From: Spongospora subterranea f. sp. subterranea
Taxonomy: Eukaryota
Reading direction: 5' to 3'
Assembly: GCA_049724395.1 (NCBI GenBank)
Contig: JAUGWO010000007.1
Span: 1 to 64,000 of the forward strand
DNA: 64,000 nt
Below, piece after piece: positions 52,726 through 64,000 of the stretch. Position 1 is the first letter of the stretch, and the number at the start of each line of letters is the position of its first letter. Below the pieces are notes generated by a model. That model saw only the letters and a program-made list of their open reading frames with translations. It had not been told where the DNA came from and made no database searches. The translations under genes were made by a program, and so were the position numbers.

Positions 52726-53810
52726 TCAGAATCTTGATGGAAAAACGGACTGGATAATAGATGGGTCCGGTCTCATATCAACATCACCGTCATCGTCTGA
52801 ATTGTCAACCATTGCGTTTGATGATGAGAAACGCCTTGATTTCGAACTTTGAGGCTAACAGACACGGAATGAGAACCATTGACTAACGACTTGTTTCGAT
52901 GCCATTGATTACAGAAAATGCAGGTTTCTTCTGCCTTAAAGATTGCTGGATTTCCTCAAGATTCTTGGAAAATGCAATCTGACTATCTTTGGAAATCATG
53001 ACTTCTTCATCAACTTCGGCAGCCAATGAGGTTAACTGGCCAAGAAGCGACGTATACGAAGACAGCCTAAAATTTTTGAATAATACAAACGCAAACTAGC
53101 GACATTCTCATCAAATTACCACGATTGTAATGTCGCTATCATGACGCCTTTCTCGTCAGTACTGACGTCGCGAGCCTCAACCTTAAAGACGTTCACGGTT
53201 AGGCTGGCTTGATCAATTTTAGCCTCCATGAGGCTATGGTAAACGCAATCGATAATCAGGCTTTCTAATTCTTCGCTAGATGGAATATCCAAATCGGCCA
53301 TCAATTCCTGGTACATGATGTTCCTCTTAGTGCTCGCAATAGAGAGAATAGTCAACTACAAAACAAATCATGTTTGAGTTATTCTCAGTAAATGATAGGT
53401 TCGGCGTACAATTTTGAGTTTCGTGATGTGCGGCTGAGACAGTTCTGGAAACGAGCCGGCAGGTGATTCTTAAATTGATAACTTTGTCAAGCAACACTCT
53501 CACAAAGGTGGAGGTACCAACCTTGGAGATTTTGATAAGTTCCATATGCAAAGAGCATCAACAGATTATGATAAAGCACCAGCGATGGATCATCTTTCAT
53601 CTAAACCAGTATGAGAGCGACAGCGATAGAATACCGAATGGATGTCAAAACCTGGATAATTTTCGGTAATTGCAGTAATTTCTCGAACGATATCACGCCA
53701 GGAACGGCAAGTGTTTCCATGATCAAATGTGAGAGCGATAGGCCCCTGCAATCATCACTACCTGCGACAACGCAGGCGCGCTCGATAATATTGTCAGCCC
53801 TGGTCGCCAT
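52726..53810 (-). CDS. CSN7: COP9 signalosome subunit 7 (PCI domain, multi-exon)
   Basis: PGVISFEKLL, FAYGTY-type motif, KLKI/LTILS, YQELMADLDI...ELESLIIDCVY...KIDQ and ARDV...IATLQSW. Confidence 0.88.
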
Positions 53811-54060
53811 TCAACACGGTTCCACTCAGACAGGGCTACGCGGCTGGTGACAATATCGGCAGTCCGGTCGCCCGATCAGAAAATGCCAAATTGACTGCTG
53901 TATTCGCCCTGATCAATACGCACTTAATCAGTCCATGAACATTCGCGGACGCGACAATCGCTATCGATGCTCTTGGGCTCGAAAAATGGAAAAATCACTA
54001 CGGTAGGAGGGCACAACATAAGAAACAAGAGATAAATTGTATTGAAGAATGATGAAGCGA

Positions 54061-54804
54061 TTATTTCTTCTTAGAATCAGCAGGTTTAGACTTGGCAGCC
54101 TTGGATGTTTTAGCACCGGCACCGGAGGTCGCAGCAGCAGCCTTCTTGGCTCCGGCTTCTTTCTTGGGTACTGTGGTGCTCTTGACAGTCGCTGGCTTGG
54201 CCGTTGTCGTGGCCGCTTTGGGGGCAACAGCCGGAGCAGGGGCCACTTCCTTGGACTCCTTCACCTGTTCAACCGTCTGGTTTTCACGGCGTTCGCGCTT
54301 GCTACGCGCCTTCTCACGACGAGCATCGGCCTGGGCGGTGATCGCCTTCTCACGCGCCTGCTCAGCCTTGGCGTGATGAATGGACTCCATTAAGACGCGC
54401 TTGTTCTTGAAAACATTACCCTTGACCTTGAGGTAAAGATCATGGTATAGATGGGAGTCAATCTTCTGCTGTTCACGGTACTTGCGTAATAAACGACGAA
54501 GAACACGCATACGACGCATCCACAGGACTTTGGTTGGGAATCGAGCGTTGGCAGTACCATGGCGCTTACCAGGACCAGTGTGTCGCCCTTTGCGTTTGGC
54601 TTCAAGGCGACGGTTGACGCGAGCACGAGAGTGGATGGCAGTTGGCTTGCGGATGATAAACCCATCGCGGTACAGTTTACGGATGTTCTGACGGCTGTTC
54701 GCCATGGAGATCTCGACGACCTCGTTGGGGTCGAGCCATACCTTGCGAAGACCACATCCAAGAACGGAGGCGGCTAGCCGCTTCTGTAGCTTCAGGGACA
54801 CCAT
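54061..54804 (-). CDS. RPL19: 60S ribosomal protein L19 (eL19) with Ala/Lys-rich tail
   Basis: [42 protein letters not shown] and [13 protein letters not shown]. Confidence 0.99.
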   Translation of the reverse strand: MVSLKLQKRLAASVLGCGLRKVWLDPNEVVEISMANSRQNIRKLYRDGFIIRKPTAIHSRARVNRRLEAKRKGRHTGPGKRHGTANARFPTKVLWMRRMRVLRRLLRKYREQQKIDSHLYHDLYLKVKGNVFKNKRVLMESIHHAKAEQAREKAITAQADARREKARSKRERRENQTVEQVKESKEVAPAPAVAPKAATTTAKPATVKSTTVPKKEAGAKKAAAATSGAGAKTSKAAKSKPADSKKK

Positions 54805-55568
54805 TATCGCCAATACGAGGACTGCCACGACCAATGTTCAAGTCCGTCACAACTCCGTACGGACCAAACTCTATATGGTTTCCGCGCTAATCATTGTCCC
54901 TTTTCCCAGCATGCTCGCTCATCTGGCCCACATTACCAAACCCGAAATAGAGTGTGTCGATAGCACTTTTAGCTGAGGTCAATGACAATGAATATGCGCT
55001 TTAGGCTCGGAGAAGTTATAAAAGGAGCAATATAACTATTGGACATTTCTGATGTCGCCATCTCATGACTAAGCAATACATCGGGTTAAATTTGTCGATT
55101 TTTAATAAACATGCTAGATCACTTTTATTGGCAATTCGTGACTTGTTTATCCGTCCTATATATATCCTGAAAATTCATTGATTATAATTATTTAGGAACT
55201 TCATCGATTGCCCAATAAAGTACTCGTCAAATCTGACTCCCAATATGCCATACCATCCACCATAACAACGTCAGGTCCATTGGTAGGATTGCACAAACAA
55301 TTCAAAGGCATGCAAGCAATGTAAATACTGAACTGACAATACTGTTGGAGTTCGACATTACATTATGTTGTAGACTCTAAAACCAGTAAATTTGCGTGTA
55401 ATGAATTTCTGTTAGTTTCTGACAGATTCCCACCCGATCATGATGTTTGTTGGTTTAGGTGCGTACGACCTGGTCTCGGGCGTGGCCATGTTGTGTCAAT
55501 ATCTGTATACTGAGTGGCTGGCGCCATAATTGCATCATGACCGCACATTATTATCATATCGGTGGCCG

Positions 55569-56212
55569 ATGGCGTTCAGGCGCCTATTATACCCGTGGAG
55601 GCTATCCAAACATCGCACATATAGCCATGACTCGTTAACGGGTGGACTTCCGACGATCCAGCCACCGGTCGCTCCAATCAAGACTCAAATCCAGGCCTAT
55701 AATCATGAAGGCTTCACAGTTAATGGTGTTCATTTTCAGGGCGATCTTCTTGCGCTGACCACAACGTATTGTATCCCGTTCATCGTTATTGCACATTTTT
55801 GATGGAGTTAATGTAATAGCGCCATGATTTGGAGAGGAGATGAAAAAACAGACCAGCTGATCACCCCTAGCAGCCTCAGCATTTTGCCTTTGATCACGAC
55901 ACCAATCGGTAATCACATACTGTCGTTCACGCTTTCACGAACCTCAGTCGTAATATTACATACAGATATTGTTATATTCGGTACTGGTGATAATTTGGTT
56001 CAGCTTCCCCAGCTGGTCAAGGATTTTCTACGAAAACACCGAATAAAATTTGATGTCATGAAAACAGTGAGATTTCGAGTTTATATCGTATTTTCTTCAG
56101 TACCAAGTTTCCGTTTGCTCTTTAGTTTCATGCATGTGCGACATTCAACATTCTCAATATGGAGGATCGTCAAGTAGCCGGTCTGTTTATAAGAACGTCT
56201 GCAGAGAGATAG
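55569..56212 (+). CDS. NDUFAF3: Mth938-domain protein, NDUFAF3-like complex I assembly factor (multi-exon)
   Basis: IQAYNHEGFTVNG, IVIFGTG and MKT/FHACATFNILNMEDRQVAG. Confidence 0.85.
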
Positions 56213-56380
56213 TGCGCCGGGTCGAGGTCTTTCTCAAAGCAGGTATATCCGGTTTTCTCACTACATTCTCCAATTCGTTTTGCTCAAATATTCGCTTGAT
56301 TTGAGCCGTTTCGCGGTTTTGTTGCCCGTCATAGCAAGACCAAATACACACAAAAGCATGATCGTCTTTGTTCCATTATC

Positions 56381-59300
56381 ATGATCGAAATGGAGGGCCA
56401 ACCTTCTTTTACTTGCGATATTGACGTATTCGGAAGCGTGGGAAGTATCGGGGCAGATGGAGTAGGAGAAATTGGGCTTGCTGAACTTGTGAACCGATTA
56501 CGGTCGGATGGAATCCAGTCTACAGCAGTTAAGAAAGTAGTTAGCGGCTATTGCAATGGTAACTTTCGCCCAATCGTCAAACGGCCCCTAATTGACCTGG
56601 GGCAGTTGGGCTTTTGATGGATGATTCGCGAAGCTCCATCCACTTCTTGCATTTAGAGCCAAAGTTCGGATTCCTCGCTGAATCGCTCAAGGCTGCGAGG
56701 CTTGTTGATCTGAAATTCCATCGTAAGCATTTGTTGGGACTGACCACAGATGGTCGCGTTGTCGGCGGGGGTTCAAATCAATTCGGTCGGTAGCTGTTCA
56801 AATGGACAATGACCAAACATCCTGAAACCTGGCGCTAGGTCAGCTTGGTATTGGGACGATTCCTGGTCCGTCAATGAACAATCTCGCAATTGTTCCGAAG
56901 CTGGTCAACGTGATCTGCATCGCGACTGGCGAATCCCATTCTGCCGCATGCACCGCCGATGGCAATATATATACGTGGGGTTCGTCTTTCTATGGGCAAT
57001 GTTCAGGGTCGAGAGCCATCCACCTGACTCCATCTTCGGTAGTACCATTAACGACCTTCTTCCTTGAGATCTCATGAGTCCTCTCGTTAGGTTCATGGCA
57101 TTCCTCCAATGTGTTCGGTTGTATGTGGTGCATATTTCACTCTGGCAGTATCCGCTACAGGTTACCCTGGTGCCCATGGCGCCAGTGCTGTCGATCCCAA
57201 CTCTGTGTGTGTCTCAGGTGGGGACGTATATGGATGGGGGGATAACACCAGTAGCCAGCTGGGTCTAGGGCAGTTCGCCACCTGTATCAGGCGACCATGT
57301 CGTATACCACTGCCCCATTCGGTGGTTAAGCTCTCTTGTGGATATGGGCACGCAGCTGCATTGGGCAGCGATGGGATGTTGGTGGTTTGGGGGTAACTAA
57401 CATCTAATCGCTGGGTAAATCAATACGCAGGTCTGATTGCTGCAAATCAGGTTAAATTCATCGGGACAGATAGGAATTCAAGGGACATCATGTGGAAAAA
57501 CTCCATCAGTGCTCGATGTCGACCCTGATCTTATCAACAAAAACCATGTGGTCGACGTATTATGCGGTCCCAATTTCACAGCACTTCTTGACACTTCAGG
57601 TCGAGTTTTCACGTTTGGCAGTGACACACCCAAAGGTGAACCTGGTCATGTTGGCTCACAATGCGTTAACCATGGTGACCAAAGTTGAATTCAGGGAGGC
57701 TAGGAAGGCCCAAAGGCGGCGGGCGACTAGAACCTGGTCGTATCCAGAGGATCGATGAGAAAAAAGTTCATCGAATAACCGAATGCAGTTCGGCACTACT
57801 GTGTCAGACAGCGACCACAATATCTCGGGTGGACATATCAACAGTTTGCGCCTCTGGGGGCACCTTGATCGCACAATATACGGCTACGCCATAGCCAACA
57901 TCAAAGGGTTTGCATGGATCAAGTTCTGCTATAAGCCATATGTACGTTGCTGCCTGCTTTTCTTATAAGGTGATTCATGTACATGAAGGTGGATCTAATT
58001 ATCGAGGTTGACTATGCGAACAATCCAGGTATTTTTGTTAGACCAATGTAATTGGCAATTTTCAATCTGCTGTTCTATTCAGACCTTGGCCAACACTGCA
58101 TTCAAGTTGTCAGCCCTTGCCTGACACAAAGCGTCCCTGGTGAAGTATTCCCGATCCATAAATTAGGTGCATTCACATCGCCATCGTAGTGTGGCACATT
58201 AACATTCCCGAATACGACAGCGATATCTATATCGGTCGATGGCATTTACTACAGCGAGCCCTCGTATCTCTCCGTGTTTAGACCGATTCCGGCGTTGGAT
58301 CGTACTGAATATCAGTGTGGGCCTGTATCAGGAGATACGCCTGTAAGTAAGATTGGACAGATGTTGCCTTCAATTTTAACCTTTTTCACCAGGTTGTATT
58401 ATCTGTCGAGGTTGACGATATCCCGTATCCAAATCTTCAAGTACGCTTAGTTCCTGTCGATGCAGGAAATTCCAACCTTATCAAACGTAATAATTGGTTT
58501 CCCCAGAATCAAGAGTCAGTAAAATTAATTCTCAGAAATCGGTGCTACATATAACTCGAAGGATAAACATATTGTATTCAACACTCCGGAGGTGGATTGT
58601 TCTGCATCATACAGATATTCGATTGCGCTGGACGGAAATTGTTTCATTGAATACCCAGAGCCGGTATTTATATACTATGGTCAGTGTGCTCTACCTGATA
58701 GTTTGTGTTGTCTAAAACATGTTGTAATCAGACGCTCTGATATCGTCAATATCGCCATTACAGTTTTGTTACGGTGGTGGAACTCTCGTCATATCAATGC
58801 TTGGACTATCCAATGCCAGCTTAGAAAACTTCACGCGAACACAAACGAAATGTATACTGACAAGTCAGTCATCAAGAACGCGGTATGAACTAATCGGTAA
58901 TGGTAAAGTCAATTCGCTTTTCAGAAGATGACCAGAGTCTTCAGGAACAACACAAGTGGACAACGACAAGTCATTGCGGCATATGACATTGGTTTGCCCA
59001 GCAATTGGCCCTTTGCTATCTGATTCCGAATCAATCCCATCTCGTGAGGTCATGTCAGTCGACGTATCGTTTAATGGATACAATATGATGAGGTGCGGCG
59101 AGGTAATGAGCCGTTAGGCTTGAAATATGGCCATCATTCTTCTCAAATTCCACAGATTGAGTTTTTCCCTCCGTGCATGACTCGAATTGCCCCGACATGT
59201 GGGCCGAAAGGACGGCCTACGTCGATTGAAGTATTTGGGGAATATTTCTATAACGAAATGTCCAAATCGATTTGCGTCTCTGATACCGATCGTTTGGTAA

Positions 59301-59871
59301 GAATGATTTTCTGACAAATGAAAACGCTGACTGTGCTGATAAACGGATACGTTTCTCTACAGATAATATCTGCAAACTATCGAGACCAAACAAAATCATT
59401 GCAGTTCAACAGACCTGACATTCCATTGGCCGCAGCATCTCCTCCTTCGTCGGTGATTTCTATCAGCTTCGGAGACAAATCATTACCCTACATGCTATAT
59501 GACGAACCAACATCAATGAAGGTATATTTCGGGTGTTATGATATGGCCCATAATAATGACTTATTGTGTAGATTGAGCCGAATTCTGGTTCGGCCTTGGG
59601 AGGATACGTTGTGAAAATCAATGGGAAGGGGCTGTTCAGCAGCACAAGTCTCTCTATTCGTATAACAGCAATAGGAGGAGCTACACTACCAGGAAAAGTA
59701 TATGTTGTACCGGGCACGTTAACCGCCGAACCCAACGCGAAAACCGGATTAGGGACAGTATCCTTCACAATGGCTGCAATGGAAAACGGAGAAAAATCCG
59801 GTTCCATCGAGATATCCTTCAACGAGGTCGACTATACTTCCTGCTCTGAACAACCATTCATTTTCAAATAA
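56381..59871 (+). CDS. RCC1-repeat protein with C-terminal IPT/TIG domains (multi-exon)
   Basis: IATGESHSAACTADGNIYTWG, VYGWGDNTSSQLGLG and LSCGYGHAAAL; then IAPTCGPKG, IEPNSGSALGGYVVKINGKG and IEISFNEVDY. Confidence 0.8.
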
Positions 59872-60591
59872 GCGGTTAATTAAAATTCAAATATTGCTGA
59901 TTATTTCTTGCAATTAATGCAGTTTCAATCATCCAAATCGGGACAAAATCGACGGCATCCAGCACAACATACCGGTAGAGTGCGATAGGTTCTCAAAGAA
60001 TGGAGAAAAGTCGTGTTGTAGTGACGTGCCTATAAGCATTTGTTTCTATTCACCGTCATCGACCATGATTTCCGCAAAACCGGCTGATGCGGGTTGAGGA
60101 GCGATAGCCACGACTTCAGGGCGTTTTACACACAGTTCCCATGAGGTTTACATACCATTTCCGTGTGGATAAACAGCAAATGATGTCGCGTCCTCTGACG
60201 TGGTCAGTATTTCCGTTCCTGATACACAGTCTGGTCATGCAGTTCGACTACCCACCCACCTATCAATGATGTTACAGTCTACACAGTGGTATCGAATTTG
60301 TACGTCCAACCATGGTAGGGTATGGTATAAACGAGAGCAGCGCGTCCCTATAGGGTTGGTGTAGTCCGGTCCATGTCCCCCCTCAACTGCCTCAATCTAT
60401 TTCCCCCGGATCACATATATACAAGAGGTAAATCACGTCAGATGGAAAATTGATCGGGTCTATGGTGATGCCAACTTCCCGATTTCAACATCTACTGTAG
60501 AGTTCAAATCATTTTTCGAAAGGGTGAACCTAAATATGTGACTTATTTTGTCCGATCTAATCATGCCACCAAAAAATGCTAGGGTCCACTC

Positions 60592-63571
60592 ATGCTAGGT
60601 GCCAATCACGACGGTGACCTGACACAATATTTTTCTGAGAGTCATGAACAATCATCCGTCTTGAATGGCCATGCATCTGTTTCTCCAATTGTTAGGTGAG
60701 CGCAATTATCTCCACCTGCTCTCATGAAGTAATTATCCATATCTTTCTAGCGATCGGGCATTTCGATTTCCTGCATTTCGATCGGTATTATGGGACAGGA
60801 CCCCTTTGAACAACGCATCACAGCCCATGAGTGTTGAGGAATTCCTTCCAATGGTGATCATTCCTTCAAGCGTCTTATCTCAGATACTGGATTCATCCCA
60901 AGTACGTCGGTATTCCGAGTTCATATATTTCCCTCATTGTAGTTGTTCAGTTCAGTAATCGCGGCAAGATTGGCTCACTTGTCGGAAAATATCGGTCAAA
61001 CGGCGATTCTTATTTTTTTGCCGTTGACTCGTTATTCTTCGACTCGGGTGAAGAGATTGCATCTAAAAACGATCGTATCGACATCGAGGTTTCTTGTCAT
61101 TGTCCCATTTATTACTCTACGTTCATTATTTTCAGGTCGTGTCAGGCCCTGTGGACGTGGAATCTCTGACATTGGCATGTTTTCGAAGTATCTGCTCCAG
61201 AGATTTCCCTTTTACGGCTCGATTCATGAAATTGTCATGTTCCATTCAAAATAACTCTGATATCCATACGGGCGTCAAGCAGTGCTCGATATCTGGGCAT
61301 ATTGTTGCCCCGTCGATTTCGATGAGTTTCGTTCAAGTTAATTCGCTACGGCTTGTTGCAAATCCTTTAGGCGTATCTTTACAAAAAGGGAACTTGCAAT
61401 TGTATCCACCATCTTCGTTTTCTTTTGGTTATTTGACCTTAGATCAGGTGGATCAGTCGTTTTGACGTTTTGGGTTCGTGCTAAGTTGTTTTAGTATCGG
61501 AATGCTGTTGCCCTTCTATATACTGACGCATTAGCTTTTAACTGCCCATTGATTGGCACATGGATTTTCGGACAAGAGTGTGATATCACGCTGCATTCTG
61601 CTCAAGTGTGGTCAAGCTGTATGCGCTTTCTTTTCAATGAGAGCATTGACGAAAGGGTATTCCCCTCACCAACCACGTTTCTTGTTTTGTTAGCGCACCC
61701 AAAGGCCCATAGTTTGAAGTTTTTTTGAATGCAAAGTGACGGTATACAGCAGGGTGCCTTGAGTTCTCTTTCGCTATTTAACTGCTGTTCACAGCAGCCT
61801 CAAGATCAAGCGATAGGGCATTTTTGTTTTGGCGCAGAAAATGTTCAGATCTCCGATGCCACTTCGCGTAGCATCTCCCTGTCTTGGAGGACCGCTGCAG
61901 ATAATCAGGAAGTGATGGCGGCTCTTAGTGCAATGACTGCACTTGATCAGAAATATAAAAATCCTGCAGGCGTAACCCAAACTAAGCCCTCGACCAAGAT
62001 GCTGATGGCTGTGAACGATGAAGTTCAAGAATGTGCTGCAGACCAAATAACATCTTTTTGTCCAAGTTCTGCCTCTGACATTAAGCCGCTCGTGAGGTCG
62101 TCAACAAAGGCGTCGTCAAGGAGCACTTCCGAGCCGCTACTCACTACTTTGGTACTTGCACCGACAATTCCTCTGGCACTTGTACTTATTCAATTCTAAA
62201 TATAGCTTTCAAAAGGGAACCAGGCGTCGCATATTGTTTGTAGCGACAACCATACTTCATCTGTCACTAGCGCCGATGCAGATCCGGCAACCTCACTCGG
62301 ACCAGGCAATGTCTCCACCGAAGAGCTGTTCGATTTACATCATCAGCAAGTCAGCGCTTGCAATGCGATCGACAACAGTGCTAAATTGTGATTTAGTTTG
62401 AACATTTACAGCGCCAAGTAGCGTCGCTACGAGAATCTCTGCGCTCAAAACACCCCTCGTATTTTGTTACTGTTGCTACGAATACGGATAACGATGAGAT
62501 GAATCATTTGCCGGATGCTGGCACCCAAGTCGAATGTATCAACGACTCAAAAACGACATATTCATCACAAAACTCTGAAAATTCGTCCAGTTTAGTTGCT
62601 CCTCCAGGGCGTTTTAGTGACGTTGGTAGGTATGCATTTTTCAGTTTTCAGCCCTTAGTAATGATTTGATTAGGAAAGGAATACGAAACAGAGAGAGCAT
62701 CGGACATCAGTTGCAAAAACAATCCGGAATCCGAACTCTCTGCTGTAACACCCATCAACCAGAATTCTTCTTCGGAGGCGTGCACCGGAATTTCTGTGGA
62801 AGAGGTTCTTCAAATTTCTGCTGAAGCATGTAGCACAGAGATCAAACCGAATGTTTTTTCGTGCATGAGTTTTCACGATGTATCTCAATCTGATGGTGAT
62901 GGCATCGACATGCCAAGGCCAGAAAATCAGGATCACTCACTCTCTGAAACTTCTGTGCAGTTTTCGAATGAACCACAATTTGGAGATCGCGACGAGGTTT
63001 CTGCAGCTTTTGACGTGAGTGAGATCACGAGGAAACCGGTGATGACTCCTGATCAAGTGCTAAGTCAACGCCGCGAAGAAACTCGCAGTGTTTCTTCACG
63101 ACGATCAATTACCTCTGATATTTGCAGTGGAAGTTCGTCAAATACTTCTGCAGGTGCAAGCCGCAACGAATATGTTCCCAATGATTCATCACATCAGGGC
63201 TTTTCACTCAAAGATTCAAATTTTTTATCGGGCGCTGGCTTCCCAAAAAGTTCGTTTGCTGTGTGTTTTCACGTTATACTGACATACTGAATTTTCATAA
63301 TTACAGCATCTCTCTCACCTCGATCAAATTGCCAATTTGATCAGGATAGCTACATTCCGAGAATTGAATTTGTTTCTTATGCTGATTCATCAGATGAGGT
63401 AGGAGAATGTCTTCTGTGTTTCTCAGCAAAAGTTAATCCCGCCCTTAGGATGATGAAATCACTCGCAAATATTTGGGATCATGCATAGATGAACCAACTG
63501 CCAGCGAAAATGACGAAGATTTCAGAGAGCTCAGATTGTCAGAAGTCCTCTGTCACGATACAAATACATAA
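60592..63571 (+). CDS. STIL-like protein (STIL N-terminal domain, short coiled coil, low-complexity region); boundaries approximate
   Basis: FRFPAFRSVLWDRTP, FGYLTLDQ/YRNAVALLYTD...PLIGTWIFG, QVWSSCMRFLFNESIDERVF...FLVLL...FFEC, and C-terminal IPRIEFVS. Confidence 0.75.
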
Positions 63572-63593
63572 GTATATTATACATTTATATGTT

Positions 63594-64000
63594 TTATTCA
63601 AGCATTCCGACAAACGCCATCAACGCAATTCCGGTCAACATCGCGGCCATTTGTTTGATCGATTGAGCTACAGTATCTTTTTTCAAAAGCTCTGGGATGA
63701 TGGTGGTCATTGCAATGTAAAGGAATCCCCCGGCTGTCAAAGGCAATATCTAAACATGAACTTAATCACTGGTGAAATGAAGAAATCAATAGTTTACCCA
63801 AGTTGTACTTGCAGTAGTGCCTTCTGACAATAGACCAATTATTGTCCCTATCAAAGCACCTGTAGCTGTCCAAACCTGCAGCATAATCGCTTTCTTCCTG
63901 GACATTCCTGCTTGAATTAGAATGGCGAAATCACCAATTTCATGCGGAATTTCATGGAAAAGGATGGCAACGACCGTTAAAAAGCCAAGACGCGAGTCCG
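63594..64000 (-). CDS. ZIP7/Ke4-like zinc transporter, 3' part (runs off window)
   Basis: AILFHEIPHEIGDFAILIQAG and ILPLTAGGFLYIA...IPELL; one intron. Confidence 0.93.

Noticed and set aside
54049..54976. Plus-strand ORFs overlapping RPL19 (and similar antisense ORFs across the window)
   Set aside because: These are shadow frames of biased coding sequence.

Overview
Eukaryotic genomic DNA with compact genes and short (~45-65 nt) GT-AG introns. Gene style and content suggest a protist, possibly a plasmodiophorid; this is inference, not shown. The window has two sharply separated parts. (1) Bases 1-~24.2 kb are a nested transposon island: a degraded LINE (OTU-like + APE + RT), a near-intact chromodomain Ty3/Gypsy element with two apparently identical 204-bp LTRs, the 5' end of a hAT transposon, and a ~26-copy 48-bp tandem array. 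After the array come a frameshifted PD-(D/E)XK-nuclease-like/protein-kinase fusion gene, a Mutator (MULE) transposase remnant and an inverted, internally deleted copy of that kinase+MULE unit. Two more decayed Gypsy elements, a truncated Copia with a half-tRNA-type PBS and a PIF/Harbinger remnant complete the island. (2) Bases ~24.6-64 kb are gene-dense: CYHR1-like, Duo1-like, ZIP11, TmcB-like PAS membrane protein, SF3A3, BCAS2, mitochondrial EF-G, 7TM-RGS, asparagine synthetase, FANCB-like, MMTAG2-like, DUF1336, CSN7, RPL19, NDUFAF3-like, RCC1+IPT/TIG, STIL-like and a ZIP7-like 3' end. The best candidate for an undescribed system is the tandem array + nuclease-kinase + MULE unit at 8.8-13.3 kb. 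All product calls come from motif recognition by eye, and spliced-gene boundaries are approximate.
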